Below, piece after piece: positions 1 through 12,500 of a stretch of 64,000 bases of DNA. Every line of letters begins with the position of its first letter. The first letter of the stretch is position 1. The stretch is from NCBI RefSeq assembly GCF_902652985.1, contig NC_047015.1, forward strand, positions 44,764,001 through 44,828,000, read 5' to 3'. Under the pieces are notes generated by a model. It made no database searches. It saw nothing but the letters and a program-made list of their open reading frames with translations, and was not told the origin of the DNA. Position numbers and translations under genes: made by a program. Origin of the DNA: Pecten maximus (lineage: Eukaryota).

Positions 1-565
1 CGTTTGGAAACAAAATTCTAAACTGACCTCTATTTTACATGAATATGAATCAGGTGTAAAAGATATACCTTGTGGCATTCATAGCACATAATGAAGCTTG
101 TGTGCTTTGAAGATGGTTAAGAATTCTATTGAAAAAAAAAATGAAAGGAAAAGGATATTTAGCACAAAAGATAAAACTTATGGGAATTCATTTTAGAGAT
201 CTTACATATATTGCAAGTGATGGCTTGATGTTATGAAGGTTATCTTTATGCAGTCACTAGCTTGTATAGATATAAAAAACAATTCTTATTCAGTAAAAAA
301 TAGCTATAGACTCTTATCTATAGTAGCAGGACAAAAAACATATAAGAAAAATAACAATGTAGATTTTGTATCAAGTGAAAAAAGAGATAATATTTTATGA
401 AAAAAATCTTTTGCATTAAGATTGCCTCCGGTATACAATATAATGATATACATGTTGCTCACAATTTGTGTCAATTTATTCATAGGTCAGGTAAGGTAAT
501 AAAAAGGATAGCATTGCCCTAATGCAAACAAAAGACCACTAACCCTAAATGCTATTACTTTACAG

Positions 566-3500
566 GAGAATATCTTGCGGCGCATCCATTTCCATATCGC
601 GAATGCCTACAGCGAAGACGCATGTCAGGCTCCCCACTGTTTGCCCCACCAGAAATTTGCCATGACTGTATTCGATCAGGTAAATACCATCTAAACAAGT
701 CTGAACTTCCTGTGAGATCAGGTAAATACCATCTAAACAAGTCTGAACTTCCTGTGAGATGGTTATTCAGATGATCAGGTAAATACCATCTAAACAAGTC
801 TGAACTTCCTGTGAGATCAGGTAAATACCATCTAAACAAGTCTGAACTTCCTGTGAGATCAGGTAAATACCATCTAAACAAGTCTGAACTTCCTGTGAGA
901 TCAGGTAAATACCATCTAAACAAGTCTGAACTTCCTGTGAGATGGTTATTCAGATGATCAGGTAAATACCATCTAAACAAGTCTGAACTTCCTGTGAGAT
1001 CAGGTAAATACCATCTAAACAAGTCTGAACTTCCTGTGAGATGGTTATTCAGATGATCAGGTAAATACCATCTAAACAAGTCTGAACTTCCTGTGAGATG
1101 GTTATTCAGATGATCAGGTAAATACCATCTAAACAAGTCTGAACTTCCTGCGAGATCAGGTAAATACCATCTAAACAAGTCTGAACTTCCTGCGAGATGG
1201 TTATTCAGATGATCAGGTAAATACCATCTAAACAAGTCTGAACTTCCTGCGAGATGGTTATTCAGATGATCAGGTAAATACCATCTAAACAAGTCTGAAC
1301 TTCCTGTGAGATGGTTATTCAGATGATCAGGTAAATACCATCTAAACAAGTCTGAACTTCCTGTGAGATGGTTATTCAGATGATCAGGTAAATACCATCT
1401 AAACAAGTCTGAACTTCCTGCGAGATGGTTATTCAGATGATCAGGTAAATACCATCTAAACAAGTCTGAACTTCCTGCGAGATGGTTATTCAGATGATCA
1501 GGTAAATACCATCTAAACAAGTCTGAACTTCCTGCGAGATGGTTATTCAGATGATCAGGTAAATACCATCTAAACAAGTCTGAACTTCCTGTGAGATGGT
1601 TATTCAGATGATCAGGTAAATACCATCTAAACAAGTCTGAACTTCCTGTGAGATGGTTATTCAGATGATCAGGTAAATACCATCTAAACAAGTCTGAACT
1701 TCCTGTGAGATCAGGTAAATACCATCTAAACAAGTCTGAACTTCCTGCGAGATGGTTATTCAGATGATCAGGTAAATACCATCTAAACAAGTCTGAACTT
1801 CCTGCGAGATGGTTATTCAGATGATCAGGTAAATACCATCTAAACAAGTCTGAACTTCCTGTGAGATCAGGTAAATACCATCTAAACAAGTCTGAACTTC
1901 CTGTGAGATGGTTATTCAGATGATCAGGTAAATACCATCTAAACAAGTCTGAACTTCCTGTGAGATCAGGTAAATACCATCTAAACAAGTCTGAACTTCC
2001 TGCGAGATGGTTATTCAGATGATCAGGTAAATACCATCTAAACAAGTCTGAACTTCCTGTGAGATGGTTATTCAGATGATCAGGTAAATACCATCTAAAC
2101 AAGTCTGAACTTCCTGTGAGATGGTTATTCAGATGATCAGGTAAATACCATCTAAACAAGTCTGAACTTCCTGTGAGATGGTTATTCAGATGATCAGGTA
2201 AATACCATCTAAACAAGTCTGAACTTCCTGCGAGATGGTTATTCAGATGATCAGGTAAATACCATCTAAACAAGTCTGAACTTCCTGTGAGATGGTTATT
2301 CAGATGATCAGGTAAATACCATCTAAACAAGTCTGAACTTCCTGCGAGATGGTTATTCAGATGATCAGGTAAATACCATCTAAACAAGTCTGAACTTCCT
2401 GCGAGATGGTTATTCAGATGATCAGGTAAATACCATCTAAACAAGTCTGAACTTCCTGCGAGATGGTTATTCAGATGATCAGGTAAATACCATCTAAACA
2501 AGTCTGAACTTCCTGCGAGATGGTTATTCAGATGATCAGGTAAATACCATCTAAACAAGTCTGAACTTCCTGCGAGATGGTTATTCAGATGATCAGGTAA
2601 ATACCATCTAAACAAGTCTGAACTTCCTGCGAGATGGTTATTCAGATGATCAGGTAAATACCATCTAAACAAGTCTGAACTTCCTGCGAGATGGTTATTC
2701 AGATGATCAGGTAAATACCATCTAAACAAGTCTGAACTTCCTGTGAGATGGTTATTCAGATGATCAGGTAAATACCATCTAAACAAGTCTGAACTTCCTG
2801 CGAGATGGTTATTCAGATGATCAGGTAAATACCATCTAAACAAGTCTGAACTTCCTGCGAGATGGTTATTCAGATGAGAGAAAAATAAAGCTGTGGAATA
2901 GCCATCAATGTTGTATTGATTTGTGGCCTGCCGCGGATCGTTTTACTGTATTTATAGTGTATTGATGTAGATAACGGCCAATCAGTGACAGGTAGCAAGT
3001 CAGGAGGATAAATCATTGTATCTTCTCAGTCACACCACTGTAAGATTATAGAGCTTTCTGGGGGAACCCTAGCTTATTCATATGTAATGACCCCCCCACA
3101 GACTTTCTTCTGCATTAGGTGCATTGACGGATTGTTTACAGTCTTCAAATGAAAAGCAATTTACCTGTTGCCAACTGAAAATAAAAATGTACATTAAATG
3201 GAATAAAATAACAATTTGGCAGCATGTTACTGAAATTGAATAAGAGTCAAAAATCTAAAAAAAATGAATGACTTTTCGTTGAAATTGAAATTTATGTTTG
3301 TTATCCTATTTCAGATTGTGTGTATTTGCGGGGCGAGCTCCGACCCTTTAACCTTCCATGAATTGGTGCATTATATTTCTACCAGTGCATTAGTGTAAGT
3401 AATCTTGTCGGATTGGTTTGTTACGTAACTACACGGGCAGCAGTCGACACACTAATTAACCGCCTTAGCCTTCATTTTACACATTCATTACACCATAAAC

Positions 3501-6500
3501 GCCATTAAAACACATAACCTGTCTGCTCCCAATCAACCATCGATGATAACAACCAGCTTTATTCATTAATTTGCATTTGAATGCAAAGGAAATGGAGTAA
3601 AAAGGATTTTATCTGTTTGCTACCTCCCAATAAAATAAGGCCTTGTGCGCTATTATTACAAATCGTTTGCCTGTTATCGGGAACATTTCCATGGCTGAGG
3701 TAGTTATCTGCTGCACTTGCAGATTAATTATTAACATGTAAATAAGTTTCCCGTCTGCCTTGTATTAACAGGTCCCAATGCAGATCAATGCACGAAACAG
3801 GTGATATCTTGCATCCTGACAGATTTGGCCTGTTGCTAAGGAACGCAGGTGCTGTTGGGGATATTCGTGACTGCCCGGTAAGATAAATGTTCAAAAATAA
3901 ACTTAATTTAATTAATCTTATAAATACCATACATTGAAATTGAATTTTTCTTTTTGTTATCAGATAATATTTTTATAGTTGATTTGAATTTATATAACAT
4001 TATGTTTGATGTTGGTTTGTCTTTGCATGTAATTTTTTTTTTGTGGTATTATGTCTTTAATCAACCTGATGGTAAATAGAAAATATACCACTATGAGTCA
4101 GTTTTCATTAAACAAAGTTAAGTTGCTGTGTAAATTTTTATTTAAAAAAATGAAAATTCCTCACGAGACCATTTTTGTTTTTCAGAATTCCTGTGGCAAA
4201 CGAGTTCAGATCAGGAGAACTTTGCTTAATTGTCCTGATGTTGGTGAGTGGACCCTTATTTTTCTGTGTCTTTAATATTGTATTTTTTTGTTTGTTTGTG
4301 GTAAAAATAATTATGACATTTTTTGTTGTTAAAATTAAATATTGTTTTTCTTCTTCAACAGTGAGTATTGGCCTAGTTTGGGAGACGGACAGACCGAATA
4401 CCGACATGATCAGTGACGTTGTCCAGAGTATCGGTACCACTATACTCCTACAAGATGTAAGTCACTGTTAAATTCATACCTTGCATTTAATTTTGAAACG
4501 TATGCAAGAAAAGTTTTCATCTATTTGTTATTGGAGAAATGGGTAAAAATGGAATTTTTATTTTAAAAATGTCATTATCTTTTACAGATTTTTCACTCCG
4601 TTATGGTCAAAGGAATGAAGGATGTTTCCAAGTTACCCAAGCTCCAGCTGTCTGCTCTTGTCTGTTATTACGGCAAGCATTATTCCACATTCGTCTTCCA
4701 TACCAAGCTGAATGTTTGGATTTACTTTGACGATGCGACAGTGCGGCAGGTAAGCTTTATTTCACAAATTTGAAATTTCTTATTTTCTTATTTAATAGTT
4801 TATTTTTTAGTGCATCATTTTTCATCTTACTTTTAGATAAACATTTGAATGAAAAATATGGAGGAATCAGACTTAAATAGTATTGATACAAGAGCATGAT
4901 TGTCTGTAATAAATGGCACAAAATAAGAATTATGGAAGCTGCACGGTGTGTTCACGATGTATTAACTGCTTACTAGACTGTGTATGTGTAGAACAGCTGC
5001 CCCTGTGTTCCTAAACAGAGCAGGTAACCGTCACCAATTCCCCCTGTACATAATACCATGAGACATGCTGAGGAGCAGACAGTACACAAAGACTTATACT
5101 AGGCACATGCACACCTGATCTCGCTAAACTCAGTCAAAATGCATGTCTGTAAATGGATCAATCAAACGATGGAATGATATGCAAATGAATTGGGTGAATG
5201 TACACACTCCATCAGACACCTCACAAAGAGTTTGATCAGAGGAAGGTGGCTAGTTTTACCTGTGTTCAGACGTAATAAGGGAGCTTTTCCCATACCTGCT
5301 TTTAATATCCAGGTGTACAGTTACTGAAGCAGTCTAATTAAACAGAGAGTTACACATCTGCATGCGAGATTACATGTCTGTCTGAAGGTCTGCAAGACGT
5401 TTCAAGCATGTCCTCTACGTGTAAAAATGTTAATCCTTGACATGGTGTGTTCACAAATATTGGCAAAATAGCAAATAATTGAAAACAGATTCCGTTGCTT
5501 TTATCATTTAAGAATCTTGATAAAAAGTTAATTGAAAAAATTTCAAGTCTGTTACATCAAAGTATTTCCTTCTTTGGTTAATTAATCTATACATCGACGC
5601 ACTATATTAGCTTATACAATATTTATACATCATACAGAAAGTTCTCAGGCATCCCATGTAGATCAGAGAACATCACAAAGGTTAAAACATCAGAGGATTT
5701 CTGTCTATGTACTGTTTTGTATTTTATTGTTAAAAATATCTTTGTACTAAAACACAGCATGACATGGCAAGATTTTGAGATAGAAATATAGATTACAATA
5801 TTTTGAAAATTTAGTAAAATAAAACAATTGTTGATGTAACAGAAGCTCGCATAATGTTACCACAACTCACAAATATATAAACAATTCTGTACAAGAAATC
5901 TAAAGAAATGTTTGAATGTTATCTACCTTCCTTAAGGTATCCACAGAAATGTGGAGACCAGACCTTGTTAGAGGTTTAGTGTATTGAGATGTTTTGTAAT
6001 TGAGATGTGTAGATCCTTATTTAGATATCTCAAGTACATGCCCTAACACAACCACCCTTAAGATATCTAAATACATCTTGAGCGTTTTCCTTATTCCTTT
6101 TGCTGTAGGTGTTGTCACAAAAGTAAACTGACGTCAGACGATTATTAAGTTTTTTTTAGATAAACAGTAATATATTTTATAGATCAGGTATTACCTGGTA
6201 CAGTTTTACATCCCTCTGTCTATCTACCTAAATTATCATCATTTGTTTATCTAATAAAGAACAGACAGCCTATATCTATTAAACCCTGGATCAATATCCA
6301 GTCACTCGGTCAACATTGATAAAAAATATTATATCAATCCTTATATATGGGAGATTTTACCTGTATATGTTCAATATATTTACACCTATATATGGGAGAC
6401 TTTACCTGTATAAAGTTCACTATATTTACACCTGTATATGGGAGATTTTACCTGTATAAGTTCATTATATTTACACCTGTATATGGGAGATTTTACCTGT

Positions 6501-9500
6501 AAAACTTTACTATATTTACACCTATATATGGGAGATTTTACCTGTATAAGTCCACTGTATTTACACCTGTATATGGTTGATTTTACCTGTATAAGTCCAC
6601 TATATTAACACCTATATATGGGAGATTTTACCTGTATAAGTCCACTATATTTACACCTATATATTGGAGATTTTACCTGTATAAGTTTACCAACACCACC
6701 CGAGTAATTATTAAATTTCATAACACCTGGCAATTGAAATAGAGCTTTAATATATTTGGATTTTGGCGGTCATTATCTTACTGATTTATTTGTGTTAACA
6801 GAAACTGTACATGTTATGAAGATCTAAGTATGTGGGCAGGTTCATTGAGTATTTGGGTATACCTTTATCATCATGTACATATATTTGATATGTGTAATAT
6901 CGATCTGTATAGATATCCACCTCCAATCTACTGATGACACACCGGCCTTGGTATGAAAATGTAGCGGCTTTAATCAGTATCTATACAGGTTCATTAAACG
7001 AAGTACAGAATGACTTGTGTGTGTATGTGCGTGAATGATTTAACATGATAGTCACAATTAATATGTACATACATACGGCCATTAATTACTGAAGGATGAC
7101 ACACCTACGGAGACATTCTATAAATGGTTGTGGTATCCGTATTGCATGCTTGAATGCAGTAGATGTAATACTCTGGTTTTATTTTTCGTGATCAGGTGGG
7201 ACCTAGCTGGGACGACGTTGTTGAAAAATGTTGTAAGGGGCATTACCAGCCCCTACTGTTATTGTACACCAACCCTAACGCAAACCCTATCGCCACAGAA
7301 ACAGCCCCGAAAAAACGGGTCATGGCCCCTGGATTTTCCACCCCTGTTAAAGGTTTGTCTTTAAATCTTAACCTACTTTTACATTGTTAAGAATACTTTA
7401 ATTGCTTGGTGAAGACCAAAGGCTGTCACAGACCTCTGAACATGTTTTGTTAGGGTAATTTAAACAGAAATAGTTTAAAGGTTTGATAAAAAAATGTATG
7501 TCCATACAATAAAAGATCTTTTGTTGTACTAATAATTCTCTCTGATATGAATACCTGTAATCTTTTTCGTCATATTTCTATAGAGGAATGAAAATCTTTT
7601 GGAAGTTTGTCAAAAGATATGTTTATGACAGTTGATATGTCGGTGTTGGCGTGAACGAGGGTCAACAATCGGGGTAGAGTTTGGATTTATATACATTAGT
7701 AAATTATCACGCTATAAAGAATTAATCTATTTAACATAAAGCCAATTGGATTAATTTCAAAATGGAGACGATAATCTGTTTGTTTAAATATCTGGCACAT
7801 TTGTCAACCAACACAAAGAGTTTTGGCAAAAAAAATGATGACTTCAGTCAGTCCAATGTTAACAAGCAGTTTTGAAGATTTGTTAATTCGCCCAAGACGC
7901 TTTTTTATTTATTTGAATAAATATTAATCACCTTTAATTTCTGCGAAATAACTGCGTACATTTTACCACACTATTACTTAATTACGAAGTAAATAGAAAA
8001 AAAGGGGGGAGGCAAACTTTTAGTTGTCTGATGGAAAGGACGATTCTTTAAATATTTTACCTTAAAATTTTCGAGGGAGCAATATTGCGTGTTTCCACAT
8101 TGTTACTTAAGGAACAGACATGATTTAGTAGTACTAGCTATCCATTAGCTTCCTAGAACCTGTTTAAAATACGACTGGCTTAATGACTTCTGCCAGCTCA
8201 GGTGACAAGTGTGGCAACTCTTTCATCACGAGATAAGCCGCACCTGATACAACCTAGTAGGATGGGGCCAAGGCAACAAGACAATTATTGTAAAAACATT
8301 AAAAAAATATGTAAATTAAAAAAAAAACAAGATGAAAGCTTTTTTAAACTAACTGCTTTCATCAGTTCATGTATAGGCTATGAACCGGTGTTTCTATTGG
8401 CAACATATATAACATTAACAATTAGAATTCTGTTTTAGTTCATATTTATGACTTATCTATATATATATATAATTTTTTTTTTTCTTTTTATATGAGGGAG
8501 AAGAAATGTGTCTTTTCAGTTTTTTGATATTTCACTTATAAGAAATAATGGACATTAAATATCCTGTATGGTTTGGAGAATAGGAAGTATAGGATGTAGT
8601 TTTATAGAGGACCAGATGCTGGTTACTAGATATAGAAACAGTTTAATGGTGGTGATGAGTAGGGTTTCAGTAGCCTGTTATTAAATTATTGTGTTCTAGA
8701 GCGTAAAATTTTTATATCAGGCATTATTGTGATTGGAGGTAACATCAAATGTGATTTTCAAAGTCCTCCTCAATATAAAGGAACAAAGGATGCATTTTAT
8801 TGTTTTTGTTATAGTGAGCAACATGTTTTGTCTTGTGCTGTGTTTTGATATGTTTCCCCCTTGGATTGACGTAATAAATAAAACCAATTGAAAATTTCTG
8901 GTTGGCTTGTTTTAAGTGTTTATTTTCTCTTTTATCATTTCAGTTCCTAGTGAGAAAAAAACAGAAAGTCGACACGACGGAGTGAGACGATCGATAACTC
9001 CCAATCCGGATGGTTCCGAGACTGCTGTCCCTAATAGAAGACGTTCAACAACTCCTAACCCTCCCAGTTCTACCGAGCCTGTTTCTCCTGACACTGAACC
9101 TGGTGTCACTAAGAAACAGGTGGAGCACCATCGCCAACACAGCTTCCTCATCGCAGTCACGGGAAAGACTGGGCGTGCAGCAGAACAGAATAAATCCGAG
9201 TATGCTGTACCTATGAACAACACTGCTGTGAAACATCGCCTTCCAGGAGGTCAAGGTCAACCATCTGGTTCTGATTATGAAGGGAGAAAGCAGCGCCCCA
9301 GCGACCTTCAGTTGCCGAAACCAGACGATTCTGTAGATGGATATAATTATACCCTTTCGACACGTGACCAATATCGCCGTCCATCTATTAGTAGTCCTGA
9401 CCACACTGGAAAACCATTGACTCCGAACTTCTCTCGTGGTGAAGTTCCAATCAGGAAGGATAGCTTCAAAAGAGGCAAAGACAAGGTTCCTGTGGATGTT

Positions 9501-12500
9501 ATACGATACCAGGTTCCTCGCACCTCATCCACCTCCTCAGACTCCGACTCGATTGGACAAGGTGATCACAATCCTGCAAACTCCAAGTCTGGCTCCACCC
9601 AGTCAACGGCCCCAGTTCTTCCTCCAAAACACAGACGAACAAAATCTATCTGTCATGAAGATGCCCCCCAGAATCTGTCAGCTGACCATATTGATATTCG
9701 CCAACATGTTGTAATGAAACCCAAACCTAGTGCAGGACATAACTATGAAAACATAGAGAACATTTCACATACACCTGTACAGTCGGGTCTCGCTACACTC
9801 CCAAGGAACAAGAAAGGCAAGTCTGCTCAACAGATGCCACAGGCGGACAAGGCTTCTCGCCCTTCACTACACAACCGACAGGGAACTCAAGCCCAGTCTG
9901 GACAGATGGACAGAATCTTCCATTCCAGACAGAACTCTATCGGTGGCCAGACAGCTCACAGCCGGGATAGTTCCACTCACACATTGACAGATGATCGCCA
10001 CTCCCGACAGAACTCTATGGTCAGTCAAATTTCAGATACACAGGGTTCTACCTCACAGGGTAGTATGCATAATGATAAAGTAAATGGCCAGTCAAATCCT
10101 GACAGTCACACTAGGAGGGAGCAAACAAAACCTAGTATTCCTTCTAACAAACCGCCAAAGCCTGCCAAACCAGAAAAGAAGCCAACCTTGTCTCAAAAGA
10201 AGAAGACATCAAATCCTCCTCCACCTCCTCCCACGAGGAGGTCCGAGCTCCAAGGGAGCAAGGAGGACCATCAGAGCTACATCAACAGGAATATAGTGGA
10301 GAGTGTGCTTCACTACCAGAATCAGAAATTGACCAGGCAGGGCTCCAATATCAGCAGTGTCAGCCAGAATAGCAATACCAGCTTTGATTCGGACAATTCA
10401 AGTGTTAGGAGTCACAAGGATGGCACCACGGAGATCCTGTTTGACACCTTGTCCCTAGACTCCGCTCACCGAGACTCTGGCTATGGCAGCAGTGACAGAA
10501 ACAGTTCTAGTTCCACTGGTAGTACGACTCTGGATCCCTATGCACAGTACTTCATGAGTAAGAGCATGATTCCACCTAAAAACCTCAACACACAGGGTGT
10601 GGCAGAGAACCTGAAAAAATTCATCAACCATGGTTATGATGGTGATCGCCACTACGGACCTACGACCTACACTGTCGGGTCTGTGCAGCATGGAGGTCCG
10701 GTTACCGTCCAGCAGACAGCTGGTCAGAAGTATCCTCCGCCAGATGATAAGTATAATCCAGATCTGACCTATAGCCATGGGAAAACGAGTGTAGAGGCAG
10801 GCAAACCACAGTACCCAACTGTGGACAACAGTCAGATGTCTGGCAAACCTACAGACCCAGCTATGGAAAGGAAACAGCTATATGATCCTGCCATCGTCAA
10901 GTCTCACACTCAGGGAAAAGGTAAGTCATTATACAGGTTATATAAGTAAAATATCTATCACAAGATGCTTTATATGTGCTGTAATTGTTTTCATTTTCTC
11001 TTTAAATGTAGTATTTGTATCTTAATGGTCAGAGACTGTACATTAAATGCTGTATATTGTTTCTAAACATAGACAAATATTGATTATAATTGTGGGCGAA
11101 ATGCGGTCTTTAATACCTCTTTGTTAGATAGCTACCTGTCTAGCCCATGAATATTTAAAGGTAGACATATTGTATTTTTAACCTGTCCGTAATTGGTTCA
11201 CTGTCTGTATCGGGTTGTATTCAACCTTTAATCAGCCACTGCATCAAAAGGATTAGTAAGGTTATAGTATATGTTATAAATACACAAGTCCCTAGTGAAC
11301 TCGATTCCCTTAACTAATTCATACAGACAACAATAAGCAATTTACTGCACCAAACCTCAGCAGGATAGACTGGTTGTACATGTCTGTAAGTCCTGTACAT
11401 AAAGCGTTGTGCTTGGCTGGTGACATTAATCGACTCTATTGTAGTGTGTAATCGACCGTACTCAAAGACTTCCATTAAGAAGAAAGCAGAGATGAAGGAA
11501 ACTACAGATATAACAAACTATTCTATATTTAAGGGAAAAAAATGATTTAATTAAATAAATGTTTCTGTCATTAAAATACAATATTGTCCCATTACTTACT
11601 ATTTTTTCAGTTAGGAGTTGTTTGTTTATTTACTGAAATATCATTCGACCTCTGTTTGACCTTCAGGTAACCAAGTGTACCATATGAACCAGAAAATGAT
11701 GCCCCAGGATGTGAAGCCAGTATCAGGAAACAAGTGTGGCCTCGAGGGATTCAGCAATACCTCAAACCAGAAATCAGAGAAACCTTCCGTGTATCATGAA
11801 GGTACCATATCCTACCTGTGTATCCATAACCTCCATCCCTCTGATCAGTTTCATTTTTGTAGTATGAAAATAAATCTAATAAATACATTCTTTAATCTCT
11901 GCTATAGTTGGTTTGCCTCTAATAAATAAATTCAGAATAGAGTCTTTAAATCTGTTGATTCTGAAAAAAAAATGTTATGACCACACAATAATTTGTTTTT
12001 AATGCAAAGACCTTAAAAGAAAAAAAAAATATTGGAGATACTAGCTAATTTGATATTCATTTACCCCACAGGAGTAGATGAATATGCGAAGTTGTGCCAA
12101 AAAGCTGAAGAGTTAATGGACCAGTGTGTTTTAGTGGAGACATCTGAAAATGGCTCCATGGCTCTTAACTACTGTAATGCTGCCATAGGTAAGAAGTCTC
12201 ATTTTACCTGTACAGGTACATCTATATTATGATAAAATGAAAGTCTAGAAAAAACAATCGTTGTGTGTGAGCATATACTGCTTTAAGCACACACAAATTA
12301 AATTCTAAAATTGTGACGAAACATAGATCAGTATTGTTTAAATATTTTGAAAATTGCAAAAAGTAATACCAGTAATTGTTTCCCTTGTAGACTGTCTCAA
12401 GCAAGCGATGCGCATCAACTCGGTGTCCCAGCAGTCCTTTGTGTCAGCACAGAAAATGCACAACTCGTGCGTCCTCAAGTCACGTAGTCTACAGAAGAAG

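Noticed and set aside
555-2843. 762-aa repetitive minus-strand ORF
   Set aside because: By-product of 57/42-bp units lacking stops in one frame. It is antisense to a real exon and shows no synonymous-type variation.
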